Shown piece by piece: positions 23,131-38,254 of a stretch of DNA of 64,000 nucleotides. A program made the translations under genes and the position numbers. The DNA lies in assembly GCA_002633005.1 (NCBI GenBank), contig NMRA01000162.1, forward strand, positions 712,516 to 776,515. Direction: 5' to 3'. How positions within the stretch are numbered: position 1 is the stretch's first letter; the number at the start of each line of letters is the position of its first letter. The notes below the pieces were generated by a model. It saw nothing but the letters and a program-made list of their open reading frames with translations, had not been told where the DNA came from and made no database searches. This DNA is from Phoronis australis (lineage: Eukaryota > Animalia > Phoronida).

Positions 23131-25599
23131 AAACCTCTTTTGAAGTATAATTGACGAATTTGTTAAAGTAATGGATACCTGTCTTTAAAGAGTTCCCATC
23201 ACGACCCTGTGTCTCAAAATATAATAATGCATCATAAGAGACTCAATAGTCTTTCGTATACATAATGCTAAGAAACAAGCCAAAAATTTAATTTGATCTT
23301 TTATTGTTATCGTGGTTGTACGAAATGGATGGAAGACTGTCTCGCCGTTGTTGTTTTTTACAAATGCGGTACTGACGAGTTCAGGGGGAAGTCTTCATAG
23401 AACGTCGTTTGTCAGACGTGAAAAGTTGTTATTATGGAGGCTGAAGTAACAGTGAGTTGACTGAGAACGTCTCTGTTCAAATTTCCTAAATTCATGAAAG
23501 GTGCGCTTTGTGCGCAGCACGTGAAATGGAATATCATATTTTCAGTTGTTAGCACGTTTCAAGGAATCGTGTTTCGAACAAACACAAAAGTGAGGTAACG
23601 ATGAAGGACTTGCCACTTTGTAAGACAGTGTATTTGCAACTCTTATAAATAACGAACAATCTGCTTGCATTCTGGGGCGAGTTATGCCAGCTCCTTGACA
23701 CAGGCCTAGATCGGGAGCTGCGACACGTATTCTTACATGTATGTTTAGACCACGCTGTGCTTATTCCGTCAGAATAACAATGAATACGACTGACCCAAGT
23801 TTACAGTGGCCTTTGTCAGTGATTATTATTAAACATCTAGATTGTGAATATTGACCACCACTTGGTTCAGTTGGTTGTTCCTTAAACATGTCTATAGGAT
23901 GTCTCGTGCATGAGGGTCGACTACCTACGTCCTCAGAGCTTACGAAAGTTTGCTAAGTCGGAATCGAATTCATTCTTCAAGTACTTGACAGTGATGCTCG
24001 TATTTACACTCCTTTCTATTTCTTAAATACATGAACATGTAGGTGTCCAGTTCTCTCTCGAAATCGTCTTTGTTTTCTTATCTGCTAGCTGGGTTCCGCT
24101 TTTGCAATTGATTGTCAAGTGACCGGACGTGTTCCATCTGCTTATATCAATTGGCAGGAAACTTGGATATACCTAATTTTTTCTTCAAAACTAAAAAAAA
24201 TCTCTACTACTTAGCATAAAAAGTGCTCACATGTATTTAGTCCGAGCATGGTGGGAACTCTTTAAGTACACGTAGATGGGGCCTCTGATTAGTTGTCAAA
24301 ATGAATTTTGAGACGCTTTAAAACATTGCCAGCTAAATCAGACTATTGGAATGACCCTTCAAGTTACAAGCATTGCGTAGACGTTTTATTTTCGAATTTG
24401 CTAACTTCAATAACCTACATGTATATAATTTTTTAGAGCTCTTGTGGTTACCTTTGGTAACGGGAACGGAATTTTACAACGGTGAGTGATATGATAAGAC
24501 CGCGTTTACACCCCTTTCCTTAGCCCTGCCTTGTCTAAAATTCATTTGACACCTTTTGTAACGCTCAATTAAAATTTGTGACGCAACTTTTTTCTCGCAA
24601 CAAGATCTTAAAGTATGACGCAGTCTAATAATTTACTTTCGCAATCTGAGCTTAGCGCCTTAAAGAGTAGCAAAGCCGCCAGGTGTCGAGATGTCCTACA
24701 AGTGCAGGGTTTTTCAATTAAACTGAACCACGTCGAAATTTGACGCACCAAATTGCGAATAAAATATCGCTTCGGTAACAATACTGTTGGCGAACTCTAA
24801 ATTCGTTTGTCCAAATCACAACATACAATTCATGGGCATTCACAGGCTTGCAAAATTAATGTCAGGCACATTAACGTCACTTTAAACTCGACTTCATTAG
24901 ACAAGAGCTTACAGTGACAAAACTGCCAAGCAATTCTGGTAAGAAGTTTGTCATAGGATTCTGTCAAAATATATTCAATTATTTTGAATACGAACTGTAA
25001 ATCAAAATTGTATTTCCTTGAAAACTATTAACCTCCTGCACGTTATGGTTGCATTTCTCAGCACGTCAAGCTCCTTGTTCTGATGACAACAAGTATTTAC
25101 AACATGTTCACCGATCCTCTGCTTTACCTTTTTAAGGTGATTCATGCATGCAAGGACAAACTCAGAAATTGTTTGTAGGCAGTACATATATGTAGATGAA
25201 AATAATATAATATAATTATAAACATGTTGTGATTTGCTTCTACGGACATATTAAAAACTAGCATTGCTTAAGAGAAATTCTCTGAAAATAATACCGCTTT
25301 CTAGACAGCCATTAATAACAAATTGCAATTTTAGAAGAGACATCATCACAGGAATTGGAATCATTTACAGATAATTGGTTTTGATTAAATGCACGAATGA
25401 GTGAGTATTTTGGATATTCGTTGACTGCACTTTTGACAAAAAAAAACGAAATAAAATTGTTGGTAGCCACATTTACAGTTTGGAAAGACATTACTAAAGT
25501 TGTGAATTAACTAATTGTCGCTGTGGAGGAAAATACTGCATCTTGATCGATACGATTATATTTCATTTTGGTCGGGAAGGGAGAATGTGTCACGGCTAT

Positions 25600-27840
25600 T
25601 GAGTTGTCAGCATTATGTAAAACAGTTCTGGAATTGTCTTTTATACATGTAAAAGTGTTGCTTTCCGTATCAGAGACTGGACGAGAATTCCAGTTGTTGA
25701 TACACATCATGAATGTAGACCTACACTGTAGCTGAACGACAGAGGAATTGCGTATGAGGCGGCAGATCTCAAACCGGTACGTTGGCCTTGTATAGTACAA
25801 AGACCAACTTTTTGGCAGGGACATTGTTTTCATTGTCTAGTACTTTTAAAGTAAATGTGGTCATGTGAAGATTACTTCGAGTAGACAGTTTTAGCCACTT
25901 GAATGTATTCAAAACCTTAACACAATTGGATCGCCTGCAAGCTCCAGTTATGCTTAGTAATGTACATGTAATTTATCCAAATGCTGGAGTGCATCAGAGT
26001 TGGCAGACTGATATACATGTCAATAACCATCATCGATGTGTGATAGTATAAATGATTTGAAAAGGACTCCAAAATGTGTAGAATTCAAATGATGAGAGAC
26101 GAGCTAATGTCCATTAATTAGTTCCTCATGTTCTTGCACGATCTCCCGAACGTGAGGCGTGAATAAAAATTTTTCTTCTAACATTATACCACAGTGTCTG
26201 TTCGACTTTCTCGGAATCATTTGATCATTACGTTTAAAGTCAAAGGATGGGTCTACAAATAAGAGAGAATTGTTAGATTGGTAACATGTGAAGCCAACGC
26301 TGTTTTCTGGTTTTAAGATCATTCTTCATTCTTCTGACCAATATCTGAGTTTAGTCAAGTCGTGCTGTACCTGCAAGACACTATCAGGGCTGACACCTGC
26401 AAAGGGAAATAAGCGCCGTGTCATCTGCATCAAGGTATGTGCTAGTTGGCAGTTTCATAGGAAGGTCATTATTACAAACCAAGAAAAGAAGAGGGCTTAA
26501 TACGCTACCCTGCGGTACACCTTTGTTTACAAATATAGCAGAATATGGTGTTGAAGGAACACCTTTGACATACACGATGTGTTCATATTTTTTAGAATAT
26601 CAGAAATGCCACGGGATCAAATTTTGTAGAGTAGGTGGTGTTTGGGGATACAGTCGAAAACAAAGGCTCTATCTAGAAATATGGACCTGGCACACTCGGC
26701 CTTCTCAAAATGTAAATGGATCTCATTAACTAATTCAAGTTGTGCCACGGTGCTGTTTCCAGGCAAAAACAAGCTGGTGATGAGGAATCAAGTTGTTTTG
26801 TTTGAGAAATATAAGAATATTTCCAGTAGTAATCTGGATGGTTTTGGATAAGGTGTAAGTTAATGTTATTGGGCGACAATTTCAAATTTCAGTTCGGAGT
26901 CGTTTTGTGTATGGGGGCCTTAATTTCATGTTTCAAAAAGACGAATCAATACCTGGTTGAAGAAGTTTGTTAAATAGGTTTGTTACATGCATGGTAATTT
27001 CGGTGGTAATCATTCCGATTACCCTGCTCCTAATAAAAGCCGTGGCATCATTTTATTACGGCCACTTCAATTAATACATGTATACATGTACTTCCGGACA
27101 TCTGCTGATTAGCCAGGTTATCAAACGGTTGACTGGGAAAACGTTCATAAAGAAAAGAAAAATAACACACAGTCGGTGTAATGTGGCTCTTGTTCGTGAA
27201 AATTTTGAGAAATGATTCACACTTGCCACTGGTACATGAGCCTTGGATACCATTGTGGTTGTTGACTGGGTGAGAGAACTGCTGTTGACTACCCCATATT
27301 TTATTGATATTAATCCAATTTTCCCTTGGAGTTGTTGTTTAAACTGATAATTTGCGAAAAAAATGCTTTTGACGGTATCCAGCTTGGGCTTGATTTACTA
27401 AAGTCCTGGTCAGACGTGACTGCTTCTTTTATACGTTGTAGATTACAGTATTGTTAAATCTTCTGAAGTAGTTGTAAAGGCTATTTCCTGTGCAGATTGC
27501 CCGTTTGATATGATTGTTGAAGCATCCTTGGCTGTTGTGTTTAATTTCCATTCTGGTTGATGGGCTGTTTTTGTACGTATTTCTTAAAGAGTATTAGTGA
27601 AGAATGATACAGTGCCATCAATGTCTCCGGTGTCTTCTTTGGAACCCCAATGAGTGGAGAAGGTGCCGTGACGTAGCTTATACGTGTTGATTTGGTCACA
27701 TTTCCATATAGTTCGTGTGGTGTCTTGTTCTTTAACCGGTTCGTTCAATGTCAGAGTGGTTTCCACTTTGTGTTGGTCATAGTTGCCAACAGGAGGTAGT
27801 ACAGAGCATGATTCAATGATTCTCAAACTGATTGTTATGC
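25600..27840 (-). pseudogene. CR1/L2-group LINE ORF2 relic (end of APE endonuclease, RT, C-terminus)
   Basis: SCSVLPPVGNYDQHKV...RTIW...DIDGTVSFFTNTL; GVPQGSVLSPLLF...NDLP...ADDT; CINNWNSRP. Confidence 0.85.
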
Positions 27841-28303
27841 AGAGAACAATTCATGTCACTCATGCGCGTTGTCTCCATAATTAGCTACAAGCCCTTATGA
27901 GAAATTATTATATCAAACAGAAAAAGTCCGGCCCTACTGTCATTACCATCGGGCGTTACAATCACCATTGTTCACACCTTTTACCCACCCAAGTCGTTCC
28001 CCCAATTCTCTCTCACCACCAATTCTGTACATTCGGCTTACCAGTTGTGTTTCCAACTATGGAATCGACGGGAAGTCTATTCCTTTGCGTCTGAAAAGTT
28101 GACGCATCAACAAGTCGCCAACCATCTCCGTTATTTGCAGTTGTCTCCGTTGTAAATCCACATCGATCATCGAAATTACAGTGTTTTTCTACAAAAATGT
28201 GACAGAAAATAGTAAGTCGTATCCGAGGTAGGCGTACAGGAAAACGCCGTTTATCGTACAAGCGGGAAATAGCCTGGCTTCCCTGAATGACGGTTGCATT
28301 TAA

Positions 28304-28483
28304 AGGACCAATTATATGTATATTGCAAATTGACTATAGAGGATGAACATCATAGTGGGAGATCCCGCAGGATTTTACTCAGACTTTTGCATGCAAAAGG
28401 TTTTATTGCGTAATTCTACTGTAATTCCCATCCCATTTAAGGAAACAGGCTCCTCAATTTGCACAATCATGTGATTTGGTCCT
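28304..28483. mobile_element. Kolobok-type MITE
   Basis: TTAA|aggaccaattatatg..ttgcaaattga ... tcaatttgcacaatcatgtgatttggtcct|TTGA. Confidence 0.6.
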
Positions 28484-31400
28484 TTGAGTGGGGGTCCAAA
28501 ATGGAACACATGTCAATTTAATTAACGTTTCGAGTGCAACGTCCATTTTGAATTTATTTCATTTAATGACTCCCTAAGCTGATACAGTTTAAGACTTCAA
28601 AAAGCCAGGAGTAATTAATTAAGACGCCTACTTAATATAACCGACAAGCAGCCTCTTAAACTTTTAGTGCAACAGAAATGTTTTTACAAAATAAATATTT
28701 CAGTGGTTTGCAGATCAGATCCCCAATGGTGAACTTGTATAGAAAAGGATTTGCTACGAACTGGATTACTGGTATGGCTAAATATTAAATTTCAAATGAA
28801 CAGACATACAATTCATGACATGATAAATTCACAGATATTAAGTAGTACACAGCTACTAACCGGTTAAAGTCCTGGTCTCACACGTTGATAACCCTTATTA
28901 CATGGTTAGAGGATGTTACAAGGATCCAAGAAGTACTTACCCCAAAACTATTACACGATCCTTACTCGAAAAATTTTTAAATGAACGTGCCACTCACGAT
29001 TCGCACCCGAAGAACCACCGCCATTTTGAACTTGCCACGAACCCCGAAGTACAATTCATTCAGGAACCCGGGCTAAGAAAACCCGTCAGTGTGAGTGCCG
29101 GCAACCGCGAATAAAATAATGGACAGAGCACCTTCATTTTAATAAAATCAAAACACGGACAATTATATAGAATTTGCTGAAGAAATGTGGCGAATAAATT
29201 TTGACAGAAATTATTTTGCCGCAGCGTATAAGGACCCGTTGCAGATCGAGATAAGACGCCGGCGAATGGTAAAGGCATGCCGTTGCAAGCTGTTTTGTCG
29301 AAGTAAATTGTTCAAATCATAAATGCCGTACATATTCAAAGGTAGTTTCGGACACTTGCATAAATAACGGGCTGGTTAGTCCTGTGTCACACTGCAGCCC
29401 TTAGCTAGCCTCAATGCCAGCTACCAGTATGAAGACTGCCGTCAAAATACAGCTAGCTTGTTAGTAGGCCCATAGAACTTTCGGCCGGGGCTACCCTTAG
29501 GCCTATCATGTCGCTGGCCACAGCGCTCGCTCAAACAAGGTTTATTTTGAACTTGCCTACTTCTGGCGCACTGTGCAAAGTTGTTGGCTTTCAACACTGT
29601 GAGATTTCCCAGATTTTGTATGAGCGCACCAAGCTTAAAAAATGGGAATGTCTAGCTTTTATCATAAGATTCACTGAATATGTTAAGAGTTATGAATTGC
29701 AGACGCTAAATTTTGGTACTTCCTGTGTTCTAGTGGAATATATCGTAACGTTTTCTACTTTTTCGGAGTTCGTGCTTCTCTGACTGAGGCAGAACTTTTT
29801 TCCATTTCTCCAAACAGGGGCTCGTTTGAGAACATAAGCATGACAAGTCCAACACAAAGTGGTATCCTTTATTATTCATTAAGCCAAAATTATTCAACCT
29901 TTTATCATAATAAGTAACTTAAAATGCACAATAAAAAACAACTATTTAACAGCAAAGGTTTCCACGATATGAAAGTAGACATACATGTAAATATTACCAC
30001 GGTGACCAAATAGTGTTTCCTTAAACCAGAATTTCACATGCATGATTGAAAAAATATGACGTTGCAAGGAACAAGAGTTGGAGGCTTGAAGCTTCACAAT
30101 CCAACATAGCTTATTTCTCAAATTAAGATTATTCTTATTGTTGACTTGATAACCTGAATTAAGAAGCAATAAGTTACAAAACATGGCTTGAAAGCAAATG
30201 AGACTTAAAATTTAGAAAAAAATATGAATCATTTTGTGATACCTAATCAAGCCTTGAACAGCAGTTGATAGTCAAACAGAAAACCATTTCAAAATTATTT
30301 CAACTATTTTTTTAGCTTAGTGTAAGATCACCTGAATGGAAAATTCACAGTAAAATAATTTGAATTATCTTGAATTTTGGCACCAAAAAACAATAAAATT
30401 GAAAAAGTTCCATTTTTGTAGCAACGTGTGTCAAATTGAATCAATGTTAAATCTTCACAAATTACAAAGTAACAGGTTGAACATGCCATCCAGTTCAACA
30501 AAAGTCGCCATGTTGTCGGTGCCGCCAGAAATGAGACGAAGTCCAACGATAATTGTGAGCACATTTATCACTTAATGAGTAACAAACAACTGCGAGGCTG
30601 AAATTTGGTGAACAATCGTTCAGAATAGTAAGTAAAGATATGACTCACGAAATTTCACTGTAAATTGTTGGCGAAAACAATTTACACAAAGTTTTAAACT
30701 CGTAACTTATGCCGCTGTCCTACAAAAGGCCGACGAAAAATTTCACCACAAAAATTGCTAGAACTTAAGAGTGCTTGCCTTGATTTTGATACTTTTTCGA
30801 TTTTAACTGAGTAGGATGCACTCGTTTTCCGACGATAGGAGAGCACTTTTTCAAAACTAGAAAAGAAAATCAAAACGGGAAAAATTGTTACGACTCGTAT
30901 TGGTTCTTAGGTTCGACCGCCCTACTGTACTTAAAGTCACTATTTCCTTTACTTTCGCCTTCTTAGATCACAAATTGAGCTTTGCCAATCGAAAGATATC
31001 ACTGAAATTAACTCTTTTCGTAAATTACAGCCATGTACATACTCTCGTTATTTTACTATTAGTTTTTTAAAATTGATAAAAAGTGGGCGGACCTTCAGCC
31101 AAACCTCATTATTTATTCAGGGTTGCCAGTGGCTAGATTACCCATAATGCACACGAATTAGCTGCGGAAGAGAAAGATGTCAAGCACAAGCGGTCGACTC
31201 GAGGTGAGTTAGGTGTTTTGGGACTTCTTGCCAGCTAAACAAGAAATCAGAATGTACAAACATTTGGAAATCACCGTGACAGCTTGATTCTTACTCGTAA
31301 ACAACAAGATTAATTTGTTCTGAACCTCGGTTCCCTCAACAATTTCTGTCGCTATCCCGAGTCATTCGAAGTCGATGTATCCGTGTACTTGTCTATATTA

Positions 31401-31989
31401 CATAATATACAGGCTACAGCCTCGTGAGTTGTGTTCAATTTTAAACCTGCAATCGAGTCTTAGTGTTTCATGACTTCGTCGAGCTTAGGTTGTAAACGTT
31501 TCCTCTTCTGGGAGATTATGTACAACTCGGAAGTGCACGATATCAGTTGCTTACGAAAAATAAGTTTCCTGCGTGACACTGTGATGTTCAATTTCCAGGC
31601 ACTGGGACTTCAATTATAGAGCTCTGGACCTGGTGCATGGGGTAGAAACGATTCCTTGGCTGCATCTCTAAATTACTTTGGCGGATCGAGGATACCATAA
31701 GGGGGGGGGGCAACATTTTGTATTGGGCAAGTGTGGTTTACGGTTGAATGCGAGAACCCAGCCCAAAAAATTGGGTTGCTTGAATTTCTGGTCCTCGCAC
31801 TACAAAGCTAACAGTGGAGTAAAAAACAAAAAATGAGAAGGCATTTACGCAGGTCCCCTGATACGATCGGGTGCGACCCCCCAAATCAAATCTCAGCAGC
31901 AAATCCCATCCAAAACCAACCAAAAAATGTCAATTTACAAAAGTATTGGTGAGTTCAGTCTGCAATAATGAAAATAATTCTATACGTTT

Positions 31990-32360
31990 TGATTGTCCTA
32001 TACAGGATGTCAACCCCAATCAACCAGTTGCTGTTGTATGTAATTTATTTACAAGAGACAAATGTTCCTTATCAAATCTACAGTAATGCGAAACCGCATG
32101 GTAATATATTTTACCAATGCTTTCAGGATTTCCAAGTGTTTTGCCTGGAGAAGGTGTACTTGCCTTAGACAAGCTGCAACGAAATGTGATGACACTGAAG
32201 CCAGATACTGATCAGAATGCATCTAACTGACATCAGGCATACAGAAACTTTATCTTGGGGCAACATGGACATCTTGGGAGACATGTGGACAGAGTTTCAC
32301 AGTTGTGTTTGGACAAAAAATATTCACAGACTTTATTGGGACATACAGGCTACACAAAAG
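31990..32360 (+). pseudogene. KolX / P2X7 C-terminal (ballast)-like gene remnant
   Basis: RMSTPINQL-CC, probable intron, DFQVFCL..EGVLAL...N*HQAYRNFILGQHGHLGRHV...SCVW. Confidence 0.7.
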
Positions 32361-33399
32361 TTGTAGCTGAGCACTGAAACCTGCTTGTGCACAATTGTTA
32401 CTTTGTGAGATGAAAGCACAACTGTNATTAACGCCAATGATGCATCAGCAGGTGACAGAAAGATGATTGGACAAAATTAACAAAACAATATAACCTTTCA
32501 ACAGACATAGTCTCCTGGTTGTTTGGCCATGACCCATAATCAGAAGTTGCAACATTTTCTGACTTAAAGTTCCATAGCAATGACCAATCGCGAGTAATCT
32601 GCTACTCATGTAACACACCTTACTTACAAGCACAACATCTAACCCAACAGCATAGCCATTCAAAATATATGTTGTAATGCTCAACATCATCACTCTCAAA
32701 TTCAAAATTTCTAAATGCAGGTTTTAATATGAATGTGAATTGCCTAAGCAGTAAAACATCACTAAAAACATAATTTTACGTAACACAGAAGCTTTATGGT
32801 GACCCTTGTATACAAATATCCGCCTCTCTATGACCCACCTGAAGACAAACCACTGACTGCACATTTGGCGGAGAAAATAGTTAGAATAAAGAAAACTATC
32901 CAATGTTAATACAAGTTAAACTGGTATTACCAGATGTATCTTACTCACCATGTAGAAAGTGTTTCTGTAAACCAAACGCTCCATAAAGATATTGTTTGCA
33001 CAAAGTTAAGGTTCAGGGCTTGGAATGATCAATGACAGGTGATGTATCATTCCACAAATTAATACTAGGGTCTTTGATAGAGATTTTTGGTATAGAAGTC
33101 AAAATAATGATCAAAAAAGAGACATAAAAAGGAAATTGGAAATATGATATTAAGGAAATCGAAACCAAAAGAGAGTAAATCCTCTTAAAAGAGGAAAATT
33201 ACAAGCCTTGACAGTTTCCAAATTGACACTACACAAACTGCCCATGGCAGAGTTTGAAGGTCGATGGCCTGACTGAACATGTTAGCTTCTGCATAACTGG
33301 ATGTATCATAACTATAAACCAAACTGTAGTACCAGATGATCCTCTGCAACAAACTAGGACACATGACTGAGTAACACCCAGTTGCCATATCATCTTAAA

Positions 33400-35900
33400 T
33401 AACCTCTGTCAGGCAACTTCTTTGACGCATTGACTTCTACTGATGGCAATCATTCGAAGACGGCAGTGTTGTCAGACAACAAGCGGGAGTCATTTTGCTT
33501 TTGTGTTCATGGAAGCAGTGCATGTCTGACATGTCTTTTAATCGGGTTTTCACAATCATCAGCTCGTCATAGCTTTTAGAAGCCTTCACCGGAATGGACA
33601 ACCATCACCTGCTCTTCTTGTTGAAGATAAGTTGCTCCCCTTGAAAGAATAATAATTGTTTCAATGTCATTGCCAGACACGAAAATGAATGCAGCAGCAT
33701 TGATTTACCCTGAAACATGAAGAGTGTGAAACATATGAAACTCTTCAAACAATTAGTACATTATGCACCTCTTTCAGTGTTTTAGAAACTTTTTCGAAGT
33801 TGTTTCAAACACTGGATAACATCTTTTCGTTATTCAAAATATAAAAATATACTACACATAGTTAATTAAGTGATTAGAGTTTCACACATTTCAAGAAGAG
33901 AAAACAATACAAATAACAGCATTTGTCACAGGGTTGCTGAATTGTTCCCCACCACATATTAGCATTAAGCAGGTGGTTCATAAACGATTTAAAGAATAGG
34001 GCGTTCAAAATGAGTTTTCTAATTAATGAAGGCATCCATGACCAATGGCTCTTGACTATCTCTATGACCTTAAGTCAAATGACTGTTATGGTGTGGAATG
34101 TTACTGTGTTCTGTAATAAAGTCTATCCCATCTTACACCATGGCTTAACTTTCTTATTCGGCCAGGACAGTTAGCTTCCAGGGCTGTTGCTAGCTAAAAA
34201 AATGGTACACTTTACTTTGGCGTCCAAAAGCTAAATAGGGCAAACTACCTAATGTGTCTAAATTTACATCGGGTTGTGTAGTTGGACACCCTAGATGCCA
34301 CCTAGACGAAGGCCTGCACCTGGGGCTGCCGCCCAGGACCGAAGGTCAATGTGTCACTGCTATGCTTATCAGGATGTAATAGTTTTAAAGTCTTTCATAA
34401 TTTTATATGGTAATGATTTTGAAACCAATCTTAATGAAAGCCTCTCTCAACCTTTGTGAACACAAAAATAACTGATGTATTTTCATGTCTGTTAGGTCAA
34501 TGAAGTGAAAATGCTACAGTGACCTTAGGCAACACGTAACCCCGTGGTTGGTTGCTGGGTTAGATTCGGCATTCGGGGCTATGTAATTGCATATTGTGAC
34601 CTTCAATATGTGTCTAACACCTGGAGATAGGCCACCTACACCTTTTTGTAAATACACGAAATTGCATGGGCAAATGCTTTTTAAGTAAAATCTTGATTTT
34701 ATAAATGTGACCGTGAATTCAAAGTCAAGGCTGTCATCTAAACTTCAGCACAAAATACAAACAAAACTTCCTTCTTGAGCAGTGATGAAGTGGTAAAATT
34801 TGTGGTAAGTAGGTGCCAAAAGCCCACCGTATCACCTTGAGCACTGTACGGTGCGTAAGCGCTACCTTCAAATGCCAAAAGGTGGTTGGCTGCACCTACG
34901 TGCGTCTACGCCCCACTACAGCACTGTTCTTGAGACATCATGCGACATAACACGGAAACATTGCATGGATGGAAATAAACACACAATGTACACCCACACA
35001 GGACATGTGGAGCACACTCGAACATTTTTAATCCATATGTCACAATTTTTGGTTATTTAAATCATCTCCCATTCAAGAAACAATCAAATTCAACTTTCTT
35101 GTAAGCATCGCAGGTGGTCTTTTTGTCATAAGCTGCACTGATGTAGCCTTGGGGACATAACAGGACATGGCATGGCTTGTTCATTGCAGAAAAGGCCTTC
35201 CCACGTCTTCTCATCTCAATTTTGTGTTTGCCCCTTTGTTTCTAGCAGAGTCCTAAATTATCACTCGCTTTAGCACTACCCCGCTAATGGCCACTTACAA
35301 TTTAGTTTTAAACCCCTGTTGAATACTGAGTCGTGGCCACACCAGTAGCCAAAATGCATGTTTGGCTCAGCTATATTAATTACCTTGCATTGCCAGCTTC
35401 ATCTTCCAGGACTGTCCTGCTGTGATCCTTGACAGCTAGCAGAATTCTGGTAAGCCGGTACACAAGGCCTTGAGAGTAGCAAAACGCTTGCCAGAGTACA
35501 TAAGAATCAGCAGGTTGAGAATTCCCAACACATCTCTTGTTCTACAACATAAAATCAAATCCATGTTAGGCGAGATGGCAATTGGCTGCTGATACCTTGG
35601 TAAAAACAATACACTTTGTGTTGCTGTTAACATTACAGAATGCTATAATGTGCCATTATCCAAAGCTAGAATACGTACCTGCTGTTGATGGCGAAGCATT
35701 CGTCAGCAATGTTAGGTTCTTTTGAATGCATCATGGTCAGATGACCCCTTCTCAAGTCATTTGTCTTCATCAGCACCTTCTAGTAACTCCCTGCTATGCA
35801 AGTTGAAATTGCTGGCATTTGTCAGTGGAGCAGTCCACTCATGCTTGTCTGTCATGACTGGTGCAATGTCCTGAAGAACAACAAATAACATTAATACAAA
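33400..35900 (-). pseudogene. Kolobok(P)-like transposase C-terminal remnants, split by introns or insertions
   Basis: TDKHEW...K*LEKGSSDHDAFK; CRT..NLLILMYSGKRFA..ARILLAVKDH; FNKKSR*W..PVKASKSY..LM..RLKD; NDSRLLS. Confidence 0.65.
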
Positions 35901-36764
35901 CCCAAATTTGGGAATATCCAGACTACCACTAGCAGGGTGCATTGACTATCAGCATGTCCTGTATACAACCACAAGACTACACAGTTAGCCTTGAAGAGAG
36001 TATCAAAAATAGGACTAACTGGTTACGTACATGTATAGACTGCCAGTCAACATAAACAACCACAAGACTAGTTAGTTGTGTAGGGCTGCTAGAGTATCAA
36101 GACTAGCACTAACAGGCTGTATAGACTGTCAGTCTCTATACATGTACACACTGCAAGATGACATGTATTCGCAAAAGAGAGAATTATTAAATGATTATTA
36201 CTCAAGGATTGCTGTTATGCCTTAGATCACACAATGACACAACAAATCTTAATTGGTTTCAACAGCCCTTACCTTGAGTCCCCTTACTTTTACATGAGAA
36301 ACACTTGTAAATGTGGCTTCTTTGTTTAATCAAATTAATCCACGACACAAGTGGACGAAACCGAGCCCAAGGGCTAAACAACTAAAACAGTAAAATAACG
36401 GAAAAATACTTAGTCAAAGACACCAAGGATTTTACTACAGGAATATTGTAATATCGGTGTTCTCTATTATGTACTGTTAGGCAGTAAAATAAATCTACCA
36501 TAACATTCTGAAAACTTTATGATTAGCATTGCTGTAACAAGTGCGCCTCGGTCATTCGTTGACGACTTACCTGTCGAGCAAAATCTTTCCTTACTGAGAC
36601 CGTGTAACAGCCATCTGGGATTGCAGATAAGTCCAACACCCAAACTGATCTTCATTTCAAACTTTACGGCGGTAATAATCAAGTTGAGGACGATCAGCAA
36701 GCCTTTTCAACGGAGGACAACCTACTGAATCTTATACCGAACGCCTGCCATTACTTGTTTGGTA

Positions 36765-36992
36765 TGCGTGAACTTGAATTTTGCTTAATCTGAAGATCGC
36801 GTATGCGTGAGCTCTTAATTAAATACACATTAAAGAAATCTGGTGAAAATTTTGTTCAATGTAGCAAATCTCTGTAATTATTGGTTCCGTTCACTAATTA
36901 TATAAGCTTGAACGTGGTTATTTGCGTGGGTATTCCGAGTTCACGTAGGCCGGTATACGATCTTGAGATTAACCAAAATTCCAAGTTCATAT
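36765..36992. mobile_element. MITE with ~45 bp inverted arms
   Basis: gaacttgaattttgcttaatctgaagatcg is the inverse of cgatcttgagattaaccaaaattccaagttc. Confidence 0.65.
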
Positions 36993-38254
36993 TCGACACT
37001 CGAATCTTCAATTGACACTTCGTTCGGCATCCATTTATTTCTTGGTGCACCACACAAAATGAAAAATTAAGCTAAAAAAATCTGTATTGAATTCAGTTCA
37101 CTATAAAAAATTCGATGCCATGGCGAAGGCTGTTATTTGGGCTTAGGTTTCAAATAAAAGTGTTTGCGTAAAGATCCGTTTCATGAATTTTTTAACAAAA
37201 ATGAAGCGGAAATAGTGCCTATCAGGAACTAAACACCAATGCTTTTTTTAACATAACAAGTACGTGTAACATTCCAAAAAATCTAGGACCACTAACTACA
37301 AAGTATAAATACACTACACACACAAAATAATCACGAGATATTATTAATAAAACAGAATAATGAAGATTTCTCGAGCAAGCGATAGCACATGCAGTTACAA
37401 GGAAAAAATGACGGCGTTCAGGACAAGTTCCTGAACTGATGAGCCGGAAATGTGGGTACGGAAATAGCTGATGACAGCCGGTAATTATGCGCTCAAAGAG
37501 AAGGGACATATACTGTTAAAATCGATTTTGGCAAGAAAGGCGAAAATAATATAAAGGTAGGGTATCGAAAATAAGATTTTATGTAGTAAGTATTATCGAA
37601 TACTGGAACCACATGGGCAGTTTGAGACCAGGACTTTAAAAAACGATCTATTTTTACTTTCAATTACAAAAAAAATTGTTTTTGAAAATATATGTCAGCA
37701 CAAATCCACTACAAGAAACTCAATTTTCCCGGGGATTTGTCTGAACCTGGAAGGCCAATGAGACCATGTTGTAACAGAGAAAATTGTTCTAGAAGGAACA
37801 GAACGGAAGCTACAAGAGCCAACCCTATGGTAAGTCGTTTAAACGAGAGCTATTCGTCTTCCTCACCAACGATTGGTTGACTAACTCGTGCAGTTAGCTG
37901 GCTGCTAGATGGAAGAGGGAATTATTTGGAGGTGATGGGAGGTTGGATTCAGACTTCGTTGCGCAAAACTAGATTGGTTTCTGAATTCTTATCACCCGGA
38001 AATCGACACCAGTAATCCTACAGAAGATTGAGGCACACGAGTCCACATCTGGCAACATGATCATATCAGTTTCTGACACCCACTTTCTAGTGTTGCTCCG
38101 ACAACATTCCCAGGTGAGAATGGAGTTGGGACTAAGTTACAAAGTGACTACTGCAACATGCCCAGCTATGCGTACTGCACTCCCTGGTGCACAAACGTTC
38201 ACTCCCTTACAAAAATGAACTTAAGTTTTTCGCTGTGCCCGTATTGGTTGACAA

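Noticed and set aside
30328-30575. Strong Kozak-like ATG (aacATGGCG) on the minus strand as a possible host first exon
   Set aside because: Stops after about 18 codons with no clear splice donor or linked exons
32426-32426. Single N base
   Set aside because: Assembly ambiguity, not biology
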